Below are positions 26,894 through 36,809 of a stretch of DNA of 64,000 nucleotides, piece by piece (within the stretch, counting starts at the first letter, position 1; the number at the start of each line of letters is the position of its first letter). The translations under genes and the position numbers were made by a program. The stretch is from Stegostoma tigrinum. Taxonomy: Eukaryota. The notes under the pieces were generated by a model that was not told the origin of the DNA, ran no database searches, and worked only from the letters and a program-made list of their open reading frames with translations. The stretch is from the NCBI RefSeq assembly GCF_030684315.1, contig NC_081359.1, forward strand, positions 97,360,925-97,424,924. Reading direction: 5' to 3'.

Positions 26894-27864
26894 AAACTAA
26901 CCTTCCAGCTCAGCGAGCAATCTCACATCCAGAACCTCAACCTGAGGTACAAATCTTCTCAAAACTAGAACTAAAGAACAGTTTAAAAATAAGGGGTTTC
27001 CCATTTAAAATAGATGAGAATTTTTTCTCTCAGTGACATAAGTTTTTGAAATTCTCGAACACACAGAGCAATGGAGGCAATATCAATGAACGCTTTTAGG
27101 GCAGACACTGAAATAGATTTTTACCAAAGAAATCATTGGTTATTTAGGGTAGACAGGAATATGGAGTTGAGGTGACAATCAGCCAGGACCTCTTGACAGG
27201 TGAAACAGGCTAGATGAACTCAGTGGCCTGCACGCCTGCTCCCAATTTGTAAAAATCTAGGCCATTAATTCTGCTTATGTTTCAAGCAGCAATTTTTTTT
27301 CAAAGATAAGATTTATGTCTTTAAAAATTAGTTTCAATCTGACAAGATTGGTTTGAATAAGTAGTCATTCAGCCACAGAAAAAGAGCCTTTGATCCAACC
27401 ATCCAAAATGAATCACTTCACACTTTTCCGGGTTGAATTCCATCTGCCACTTCTTTGCCCAGCTCTTCATCCTGTCAATGTCCACTGCAACTTACAACTG
27501 CCCTCCATACTATCCACAACTCCAACAACCTTCATGTCATAGGCTAATTTACTAACCGATCCTTCCACTTCCCCATCCAAGTCATTTATAAAGATCACAA
27601 AAAGCCGAGGTCCCAGGACAAATCCCTGCAGAACAGCACTGGTCAACAAGTTCCAGATTGAATACTTTCCATCTACTACCACCCTCTGTCTAATATCGGA
27701 CTGCCAATTCAGTATCCAGACAGCTAAATTCCCTGAATCCCTTGCCACCTTACTTTCTGAATTAGCCTATTATGGGGAACTTAATCAAATGTCTTGCTAA
27801 AATCCATACATACCACATCCACTGCTCTACCTTCAATGTCTTTTGTCACATCCTCAAAGAATTC

Positions 27865-28118
27865 TCGAGGGGTCATAGTTTTAAGCTGGTTGGAGGAAAG
27901 TATAGAGGGGATGTCAGAAGCGGGTTCTTTACACAGAGTTGTGAGAGCATGGAATGCTTTGCCAGCAGCAGTTGTGGAAGCAAGGTCATTGGGGTCATTT
28001 AAGAGACTGCTGGACATGCGTATGGTCACAGAAATTTGAGGGTGCATACATGAGGATCAATGGTCGACACAACATCGTGGGCTGAAGGGCCTGTTCTGTG
28101 CGGTACTGTTCTATGTTC
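27865..28118 (+). mobile_element. CR1/HER1-type LINE 3' end nested in opposite-strand CR1
   Basis: RGHSFKLVGGKYRGDVRSGFFTQ and a gttctatgttct tail. It splits the host sequence aaagaattc|aataaggcttg. Confidence 0.85.
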
Positions 28119-28208
28119 TTCAATAAGGCTTGTGAGGCATGACCTGTCTCAGCCTGCTCCTGCCCCACCGAACTCATCTCCACCTATCTGGACTCCATTT
28201 TCTCCCCT

Positions 28209-29795
28209 TTGGTCCAGGAACTCCCCACCTATGTCCATGACACCACCCACGCCCTCCACCTCCTCCAGGACTTCCAATTCCCTGGCCCCCAACACCTCAT
28301 ATTCACCATGGACGTCCAGTCCCTGTACACCTGCATTCCGCATGGAGATGGCCTCAAGGCCCTCCGCTTCTTCCTGTCCCGCAGGCCCGACCAGGCCCCC
28401 TCCACCGACACTCTCATCCGCCTAGCGGAACTCGTCCTCACACTCAACAACTTCTCTTTTGACTCCTCCCACTTCCTACAGACTAAGGGGGTGGCCATGG
28501 GCACCCGCATGGGCCCCAGCTATGCCTGCCTCTTTGTAGGTTACGTGGAACAGTCCATCTTCCGCACCTACACAGGCCCCAAACCCCACCTCTTCCTCCG
28601 GTACATTGATGACTGTATCGGCGCCGCCTCTTGCTCCCCAGAGGAGCTCGAACAGTTCATCCACTTCACCAACACCTTCCACCCCAACCTTCAGTTCACC
28701 TGGGCCATCTCCAGCACATCCCTCACCTTCCGGGACCTCTCAGTCTCCATCTCAGGCAACCAGCTTGTAACTGATGTCCATTTCAAGCCCACCGACTCCC
28801 ACAGCTACCTAGAATACACCTCCTCCCACCCACCCTCCTGCAAAAATTCCATCCCCTATTCCCAATTCCTCCGCCTCCGCCACATCTGCTCCCACGATAA
28901 GACATTCCACTCCCGCACATCCCAGATGTCCAAGTTCTTTAAGGACCGCAACTTCCCCCCCACGGTGATTGAGAACGCCCTTGACCGCGTCTCCCGCATT
29001 TCCCGCGACACATCCCTCACACCCCGCCCCCGCCACAACCGCCCCAAGAGGATCCCCCTCGTTCTCACACACCACCCTACCAACCTCCGGATACAACGCA
29101 TTATCCTCCGACACTTCCGCCATTTACAATCCGACCCCACCACCCAAGACATTTTTCCATCCCATCCCCTGTCTGCTTTCCGGAGAGACCACTCTCTCCG
29201 TGACTCCCTTGTTCGCTCCACACTGCCCTCCAACCCCACCACACCCGGCACCTTCCCCTGCAACCGCAGGAAATGCTACACTTGTCCCCACACCTCCTCC
29301 CTCACCCCTATCCCAGGCCCCAAGATGACATTCCACATTAAGCAGAGGTTCACCTGCACATCTGCCAATGTGGTATACTGCATCCACTGTACCCGGTGCG
29401 GCTTTCTCTACATTGGGGAAACCAAGCGGAGGCTTGGGGACCGCTTTGCAGAACACCTCCGCTCAGTTCGCAACAAACAACTGCACCTCCCAGTCGCAAA
29501 CCATTTCCACTCCCCCTCCCATTCTCTTGATGACATGTCCATCATGGGCCTCCTGCACTGCCACAATGATGCCACCCGAAGGTTGCAGGAACAGCAACTC
29601 ATATTCCGCCTGGGAACCCTGCAGCCATATGGTATCAATGTGGACTTCACCAGTTTCAAAATCTCCCCTTCCCCCACTGCATCCCTAAACCAGCCCAGTT
29701 CATCCCCTCCCCCCACTGCACCACACAACCAGCCCAGCTCTTCCCCCCCACCCACTGCATCCCAAAACCAGTCCAACCTGTCTCTGCCTCCCTAA
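28209..29795 (+). CDS. PLE RT + GIY-YIG endonuclease ORF (528 aa; frame is open from ~28149; true N-terminus missing)
   Basis: ORF track plus the motifs above. The TTG start is not a real initiator. Confidence 0.85.
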   Translation: MVQELPTYVHDTTHALHLLQDFQFPGPQHLIFTMDVQSLYTCIPHGDGLKALRFFLSRRPDQAPSTDTLIRLAELVLTLNNFSFDSSHFLQTKGVAMGTRMGPSYACLFVGYVEQSIFRTYTGPKPHLFLRYIDDCIGAASCSPEELEQFIHFTNTFHPNLQFTWAISSTSLTFRDLSVSISGNQLVTDVHFKPTDSHSYLEYTSSHPPSCKNSIPYSQFLRLRHICSHDKTFHSRTSQMSKFFKDRNFPPTVIENALDRVSRISRDTSLTPRPRHNRPKRIPLVLTHHPTNLRIQRIILRHFRHLQSDPTTQDIFPSHPLSAFRRDHSLRDSLVRSTLPSNPTTPGTFPCNRRKCYTCPHTSSLTPIPGPKMTFHIKQRFTCTSANVVYCIHCTRCGFLYIGETKRRLGDRFAEHLRSVRNKQLHLPVANHFHSPSHSLDDMSIMGLLHCHNDATRRLQEQQLIFRLGTLQPYGINVDFTSFKISPSPTASLNQPSSSPPPTAPHNQPSSSPPPTASQNQSNLSLPP

Positions 29796-30017
29796 CCGGT
29801 TCTTCCTCTCACCCATCCCTTCCTCCCACCCCAAGCCGCACCCCCAGCTACCTACTAACCTCATCCCACCTGCTTGACCTGTCCGTCTTCCCTGGACTGA
29901 CCTATCCCCTCCCTACCTCCCCACCCACACCTTCTCCACCTATCTTCTTTACTCTCCAACTTCGGTCCGCCTCCCCCTCTCTCCCTATTTATTCCAGTTC
30001 CCTCCCCCCATCCCCCT

Positions 30018-30049
30018 CTCTGATGAAGGGTCTAGGCCCGAAACGTCAG
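30018..30049 (+). ncRNA. Minimal hammerhead ribozyme motif, family B
   Basis: ct-CTGATGA-a-GGGT-ctag-GCCC-GAAA-cg-TC-ag. Confidence 0.75.
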
Positions 30050-31889
30050 CTTTTGTGCTCCTGAGATGCTGCTTGGCCTGCTGTGTTCATCCAGCCTCAC
30101 ATTTTATTATCTTGGAATCTCCAGCATCTGCAGTTCCCATTATCTCTCCTCACATAGCCATGTTGGCTATTTCCAATCGAACTGTGCTTTTCCAAATAAT
30201 AATAAATGCTATCTTTCAGAATCCTCTTCAATAATTTGCCAATCATAGAAGACAGACTTACTGGTCTGTATTTCCCAGATTATCCCTGTTCCCTTTCTTG
30301 AACAACAGAATAAAATTTGCAACCATTCAATCATCTGGTGGATAGTGAGGATGCTAAGATCATTGCCAAAGGCGCAATCTCTTCCCTCACTTCCCGCAGT
30401 AACCTTGAGTATATCCCATCTGGCCCAGGGGACTTTTCTTTTCTCACGTTTTTCAAAATTTCTAGCACATCCTCCTTCCTAACGTCAACCTGTTTGAGTC
30501 AATCAGCCTCTTTCACGCTGTCCTCTCAAACGTCAAGGTCCCTCTCACTGGTGAAATTGGAAGCAAAGTGTTCATTAAGGACATCCCCTACCACCTCCAA
30601 CCTCGGACAAAAATTCCCTCCCATATCCCTGATCGGCCCTGCCCTCACTCTGACCGTCCTCTTATTCCTCATGCATGTATAGAGCACCTTGGGGTTTTTC
30701 TTAATCCTAACCACCAAGGCTTTTTCATGTCCCCTTCTTGCTCTACTCAGTCCATTCTTCAGTTCTTTCCTGGCTATCTTGAAACCCTCTACAGCCCTGC
30801 CCAATCCACGCTTCCTCAGCCTTAAGTAAGCTTCCTTCTTCCTTGCATTTAGCCAGAGTGAACTCTATCTGCCATTTTCCAGCCCAGAGGCCCATTTGAT
30901 CAAGATCTCTTTGTAATCTTAGAAAACCTTCTTTACTCTCTACAATGCCACCAATTTTGATGTCATCCACAAACTTACTGTCTTCTATATTCTCATCCAA
31001 ATCATTTATATAAAATGACAAACAAGAGGATGCAGAACACCACTGGTCACAGGCTTCTAGTCTGACATGCCATTATTCCATCTCCTGCCATTAAGCGAAT
31101 TATGTACTTATTGGCAAGCTCACCCTGAATCCCAGGTGACCTAAATTTACTAATTAATCTGTCATGTGGAACCTTGTCCAGTTTCTCTTTACAACCTTTC
31201 TTAAACAAAGGTACAACATCAGCCACCCTCCTGTCATCAGGCACCTCACCAGTAGTTATAGTTAATGCAAATATTTCTGCAAGGGATCTTGTAATCTCCT
31301 CCCTGACATCACACAACATTCTGGGATGTATTCTTTAAGGCCTCCCAAACTTCCTCTTCTGTAATGTGAACGGTTTTTAAAACATCAAAGTTTATTTTTC
31401 TGCATTCTCTAGACTATTTCTTTCTCCACTGCAAAAACTGAAAATATTCATTTAGTATCTCTCCCATCTGCTTGGGTTCAACACAAAGATGACCTTGCTG
31501 ATCATTAAGAGGCCCAACCCACTATCTAGTTACCTTCTTGCACTTAACGTATTTGTAGAATCTCTTGGATTATCTTTAACCTTATCGGCCAATGCTATCT
31601 CATATCCCATCATAGCCTTCCTGATTTCTCTCTTAAGAATGCCCCGACACTCCATGTTGATTAAGAGATTCAATTGAACCAAGTTATCTACATCTTTTAA
31701 AAAATTCTTTTATTCCTGACTGGAACCTCAATATCTTTGTTCATCCACTGTTCCTTCATCTTACCAGCCTTACCCTTCACTCTAATAGGAACAAAATGCC
31801 TCTGAACTCTCATCACACTCCAACACCTCCTATTTGTCAGATGTCCTTTCACCTAACAGTCTACTCCAATCAACTTTTAAAGCTGTTTC

Positions 31890-32724
31890 AGAGATTGTAG
31901 GAACTGCAAATGCTAGAGAATCTGAGATAACAAGGTGTACAGCTGGATGAACAGAGCAGGCAAAGCAGCAGAGGAGAAAGAAGCTGACATTTCAGACCCA
32001 GACTCTCCTTCAGAAATGGGGGAGGGGCAGGGGATTCTGAAATAAATAGGGAGAGGGGAGGCAGTGGATAGAAGATGGATAAAGAAGAACATAGGTAGAG
32101 AGGAGGCAGACAGGTCAAAGGAGTGGGGGTACAGCCAGTAAAGGAGAGAGTGTAGGTGGGGAGTTAGGGAGGGGATAGGTCAGTCCAGGACGACAGACAG
32201 GTCAAGGGGGTGGGATGAGGTTAGTAGGTAGGAGATGAGGGTGGGGCTTGAGGTGGGAAGAGGGGATAGATGGGAGGAAGGACAGGTTAAGGAGGTGGGA
32301 ACAAGCTGGGCTGGTTTTGGGATGTGGTTGGGGGAGTGGATATTTTGAGGCTTGTGAAGTCCACACTGTTACCATTGGGCTGCAGGGTTCCCAAGCTGAA
32401 TAGAAGATGCTGTTCCTGCAACCTTTGGGTGGCATCGTTGTGGCACAGGAGGTGGTCCAGGATGGGCATGTCAAAGGAGTTGAAATGGTTCGTGACTGGG
32501 AGGTACAGTTGTTTGTTGCGAACTTCTTTGATTTGTCTGTCTCCTCTCCACCTATCTTCTCCTCTATCCATCTTCTATCCGCCTCCTCCTCTCTCCCTAT
32601 TTATTTCAGAATCCCCTTCCCCTCCCTCATTTCTGTAGGAGGATCTAGGCCTGAAATATCAGCTTTCCTGCTTCTCTGATGCTGCTTGGTCTGCCGTGTT
32701 CATCCAGCTTTACACCTTGTCATC
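31890..32724. mobile_element. Family B PLE, inverted pair of 3' fragments
   Basis: Minus arm 31890-~32525 (RNKQLYLPVTNHFNS...RLQEQHLLFSLGTLQP) and plus arm ~32526-32724. Flanked by tcaactttt at 31870-31878 and 32725-32733. Confidence 0.85.
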
Positions 32725-33988
32725 TCAACTTTTGAACGTTCTTGTCTCATACCATTGAAATTTGCCAAACTCCAATTAAATAATGTAACTTTTATGGAAG
32801 GCTTTCGTTCTTCCATAAGCATTTTGAAATTAACAAGAATTATGATTGCTAGACCAATGTGTTCTCACACTTAATTCAGTCACCTGCCCTGCCTTATTGC
32901 ACAAATGGTGGTCTAATTTAAATAATCTTTTCTAGTGGGAGCATCCACATATTGATAGACAAAACTTTAAGCACATTTGACCAGTTCTTCACCATCCAAA
33001 CCTTTAACACTACGGTAGTCCCAGTCAATGTTTAGAAAATTAAAATCCCCCATTACTACTACATTATTATGCTTACATATCTCTGCATATTTGTCAGTCA
33101 ATTTCTCTTACAATTGGGGGGTCGAAAGTACAATCTCAAAGTGATCTTTCCTTTATTTGTAATTTCTACCCATATATTTTCACTAGACAATTTTTCAAAA
33201 CTATCTTCCCTAGTTACAGCAATAACATATTCCTTAATCAAAAAACTCCAGCCCCCTTCCTTTCTCGCCACCTTTTCTATACTTCCTCCAGCATCAAAAA
33301 CCAGGAACACTGAGCTGCCAGTCTTGGCCATCTCTCAAACAAGTTTTTGTAATAGCTATGACGTCCCAATCCCGTGTTCTTATACATGCCGAGTTCAGCC
33401 TTACTTGTAAGGCCGCTTGCATTGAAATAAACGCAATTTAGTTCTTCAGAGTTATTACATACTCTGATTTTCTCTTTCTTTTCTAATTGTTGCTCTCATG
33501 TTCAGAATCTACTCCAATCCTTCCATTTACACTGCTACTCAGAATTCCTCCACTTGCCTTCTCCATCAGTATAACGTCTCCCTTAATCAAATGAACAAAT
33601 CACCCAGCTAAGATATTGGTTCCTTTCCAGTTTAAGTTAGACCCATCCTTTTTGGGCAGGTCTTTTCCATCCTAAAAGACATTCCAGTTGTCCCTGAACA
33701 ATACACCAGCTCTTTAGCAATTGATTTATGTTCTTTAACTTTTTGCTCCTTTCCTCATTTCAGTTTGGCATTGGAAGTAAGCCAGAAATTACTAATTCTA
33801 AAGGTCTTACTTTTTAAATGTTTTCATAACTTCTTAAATTCACTCTATACTGCTTTAATCCTTTGCATAAAAATGTCTTTTCTACCAATGTATACAATAA
33901 CTTCTGGCTTCTCAATCTCACCCTAAGCAACATGCTTGAAATGTTTAGAAACATCTTTAATCCTAGCACCAGGAAAGCAACAAACCAT

Positions 33989-34209
33989 GATAATAAAGTG
34001 TGAAGCTGGATGAACACAGCAGGCCAAGCAGCATCTCAGGAGCACAAAAGCTGATGTTTCGGGCCTAGACCCTTCATCAGAGACCCTCTGAAAAAGGGTC
34101 TAGGCCCGAAACGTCAGCTTTTGTGCTCCTGAGATGCTGCTTGGCCTGCTGTGTTCATCCAGCTTCACATTTTATTATCTTGGATTCTCCAGCATCTCCA
34201 TTATCACTG
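33989..34209. mobile_element. Miniature fold-back PLE derivative, family B, 14-bp TSD
   Basis: Arms 33989-~34083 and ~34087-34179. TSD aagcaacaaaccat at 33975-33988 and 34210-34223. Confidence 0.9.
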
Positions 34210-34372
34210 AAGCAACAAACCATCCTAAGTTTACACGCAGTGCCACATATTTTAGATAAAGAACAACAGAAAACCTGCAGCTGAAATCACAGATCTACTA
34301 AGTTATCATGGTACAGCGGGAGCTTTCTGCCATTGGAAGACATTTCCATTGATCAGAGCCTCTAATAGCAGA

Positions 34373-34410
34373 GATGAAATTATTCACTAGCGATGAAATT
34401 ATTCACTAGC
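34373..34410. repeat. Perfect 19-bp tandem duplication
   Basis: gatgaaattattcactagc x2. Confidence 0.95.
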
Positions 34411-34539
34411 AATACTGAAGGTACCAACTTAACTCCAAAACCCCATGGATATCCAAACCGCATATACTGTGGGCATGCGGTTTTAGGAGTGCACAGGTGA
34501 GAAACTATTTAAAATAAATTTAAAAGTAAGTATTTTTAC

Positions 34540-34676
34540 CCTATATTTATCCCCTCAGGGATGAGTCTTTGCCAACCACATAACATGCCATATTGCACTG
34601 ATGGAAGCAAAAAACTTTTTGATACCAGTTTAAGCATTGTGTCAATTCCTTCCAATCGAACTTCAGCTCTCTCCAG
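34540..34676 (-). CDS. HERC2: HERC2 coding exon (137 nt)
   Basis: ttgcag|LERAEVRLEGIDTMLKLVSKSFLLPSVQYGMLCGWQRLIPEGINI gg|gtaaaa. Confidence 0.95.
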
Positions 34677-34788
34677 CTGCAAAAGCAAGCAACACATTAG
34701 TAAGTACTTGGAACGTTGAGGAATTCCAACAGTAAAATAAAATTTCGCAATACTGGAATCCTGCATTCAGTGGGAAACTCTATCTTAC

Positions 34789-34962
34789 CTGTTTTAAGAG
34801 ACACTTTCGCATTTTCTCCACATCAATTGGCTCTTCTTTCAAGGCGAAGTCAAGTATATTTGCCATTAATGCCGATTGCGGCCAAGAACCCTGAACATTA
34901 TGTTTCAGCCACTTGTATCTGTGAACACTTGCTACAGAAGAAAGGAGGGGTTGCCACTTGTC
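34789..34962 (-). CDS. HERC2: HERC2 coding exon (174 nt)
   Basis: atccag|DKWQPLLSSVASVHRYKWLK...DVEKMRKCLLKQ|gtaaga. Confidence 0.95.
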
Positions 34963-35089
34963 CTGGATCACAGCACAGAATAAAGCACATAAACTAGAAT
35001 TGGTATTTTGTTTGAGAACTATAGTGCAACATTTCAAAAGCACACAAGTTTGTTGGCAGACAAAACGTTTTCCTTTCTTTTTTTAAATT

Positions 35090-35660
35090 TATTCATGGGT
35101 TGTGTTGAATGCTAGCTAGATCAGCTTTTATTGCTCTTCGGGTGATGGCTGTAAGCTGTCTTCTAGAACTGCTGCAGTCTATTTCGTGTAGGTACGCCCA
35201 TGATGCCGCAACAGATGATTTTGACGCAACACTAAAGGAGCTGCAATATAGTTCCAAGTCATGATGGTGAATGGCTTGAAAGGGAACTTGCAGCAAGGAG
35301 TGTTTCCACGTATCTGCTGCCCTTGTCTTTATGACAATAGTGGTCCTGAATTTGGAAGGTATTGTCGAAGTAGCCTTCAGGAATTTCTGCGGTCCATCTT
35401 GTAAATGAAATAAACTGCCGCGAGGCGAAGTGAATGTTGTGGATGAAGTATCGATCAAATGGGCTGTTTTGGCCAGGATGACCTCAAGCTTCTATGTTAT
35501 TGGAGCAGCAATAATCCAGGAAAGTTGAGTATTCGATCACTGCGTTTTGCTGCTGGATTTCTCACTTCTGACCTGCTGTTGCAACCTCAATATCTTTTCT
35601 GTTCAATAATAACCCCAGATTATTGGTAGTAAGCGATTCAGTTATGCCATGAACTTAATT
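35090..35660 (-). mobile_element. Degraded LINE 3' region (same family as 555-845)
   Basis: ttccaagtcatgatggtgaatggcttgaagggaacttgc is the reverse complement of the shared block. Confidence 0.65.
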
Positions 35661-35669
35661 GTTGCAGTA

Positions 35670-36760
35670 CAGTTACAACACTGGAGCCTGCCCACCATTC
35701 AATACAATAACTCCTGATCAAACACCAATTCCTTTCACTTATCCTATCCGCGTAACACAAGATGCCTCTAGTAATCAGAAATCTGTCAAAGTCTACCTTG
35801 AATGTATTCAACAACTAAGCCTCATAGCCTCTGAAAGGAAATTCCAATGGTTCACAACCCTCAAACGATTTCTCCTCATCTCAGACCTAAGTGGCTGTAG
35901 ACTCCCCACCCAGCAGGAACATCTTACATGTATCGACCCTGTCTATCCCTTTAAATATTTTGCACATTTCAAGGAGATCAACCCTCATTCTTCACAACTC
36001 CAGCACAAGCAGGCCCAGTTTGTCCAATATAACAAAGTGTGGAGCTGGATGAACACAGCAGGCCAAGCAGCATCTTAGGAGCACAGAAGCTGACGTTGAG
36101 CCTAGACCTTACATCAGATTTAGCCCTGAAACATCAGCTTTCCTGCTCCTACAACGCTGCTTGGCCTGCTGTGTTCATCCAGCTCCACACTTTGTTATCT
36201 CAGATTCCCCAGCGTCTGCAGTTCCAATTATCTCTGATACAATTTTAACTCCAGTTTGTCCAATCACTCTTCATAGGACAGCTATGCCATCCCACAAGTT
36301 TGATAAAGTTTCATTGCACTCCTTCTTTGGCAAATCATCTTGAATGAGATATGAAGGTCAAAACTACACTCATTACTTAGAGTCATACAGCACAGAAACA
36401 GACCCTTTGGTCCAAGTAGACCACACCGACCAGGTTCCCAAACCAAATTAGTCCCACTTGTCAGTGTTTGGCCTGTATTGCTGTAAACCTTTCCCATTCA
36501 TGAACTTATCCAAATGCCTTTTAAATGCTGTAACTGTACCTGCATCCACCACTTCCTCTGGCTGTTCATTCCACATATGAAACACCCAGTGTGAAAAAGT
36601 TGCCCTAGGTTATTTTTAAAATCTTTTTCTTCTCACCTTAAAAACACACCCACCAGTTTTGAACTCCCCACTCTAGGGAAACAGCCTTTGCTTTTCACCT
36701 TATCTATGCCACTCACGATTTTATAAACCTTTACAAGGTCACCCCTCAACATTACTTTTT
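35670..36760 (-). mobile_element. CR1 3' fragments (two copies) with nested mini-PLE
   Basis: The second copy starts at ~36380 (gagtcatacagcacagaaacagacccttt). CR1 C-terminal motifs are present. Confidence 0.7.
36029..36250. mobile_element. Miniature fold-back PLE derivative, family B, 14-bp TSD
   Basis: TSD ccagtttgtccaat at 36015-36028 and 36251-36264. Confidence 0.9.
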
Positions 36761-36809
36761 TAATGGTTTTGTTACATTCCAATCTTTTTATACGCCCGAT
36801 CAATTTGTA

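Larger units (their letters stand above)
24243..26968. mobile_element. PLE, family A (Poseidon/Penelope-type RT + GIY-YIG), as an inverted pair with 3' ends outward
   Basis: The minus copy 24243-~25820 carries SFDVTALFT, TPMGSPISGFLA and VIYKIPC..C..HYIGQTGR. The plus copy 25813-26968 carries RYVDD and the same endonuclease. There is no Cys-rich RT-EN linker. Both copies are disrupted. Confidence 0.92.
28146..30147 (+). mobile_element. PLE, family B (Neptune-type), 5'-truncated with uninterrupted RT-EN frame
   Basis: FTMDVQSLYT, QTKGVAMGTRMGPSYA, RYIDD, Cys linker CNRRKCYTC, GIY-YIG VVYCIHC..C..LYIGET. Ends in an HHR terminus. It interrupts the CR1 sequence gcatgacctg|cctcacatagccatg. Confidence 0.95.
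27400..34260 (-). mobile_element. Long degraded CR1 LINE (ORF1 esterase remnant, APE endonuclease, RT) hosting at least four younger insertions
   Basis: ORF1 motif RMVCCFPGARIKDV at ~33950-34230. Endonuclease SENIWVEITNKG..LYFRPPN at 33098-33331. RT VLQGFVLGPRLFVIFINDLD at 27467-27748. May be a composite of more than one copy (extra RT pieces at 30840-31320). Confidence 0.8.

Noticed and set aside
28060-29776. Many overlapping 60-135 aa ORFs on both strands
   Set aside because: Shadow frames of the C-rich PLE coding sequence, with no independent motifs.
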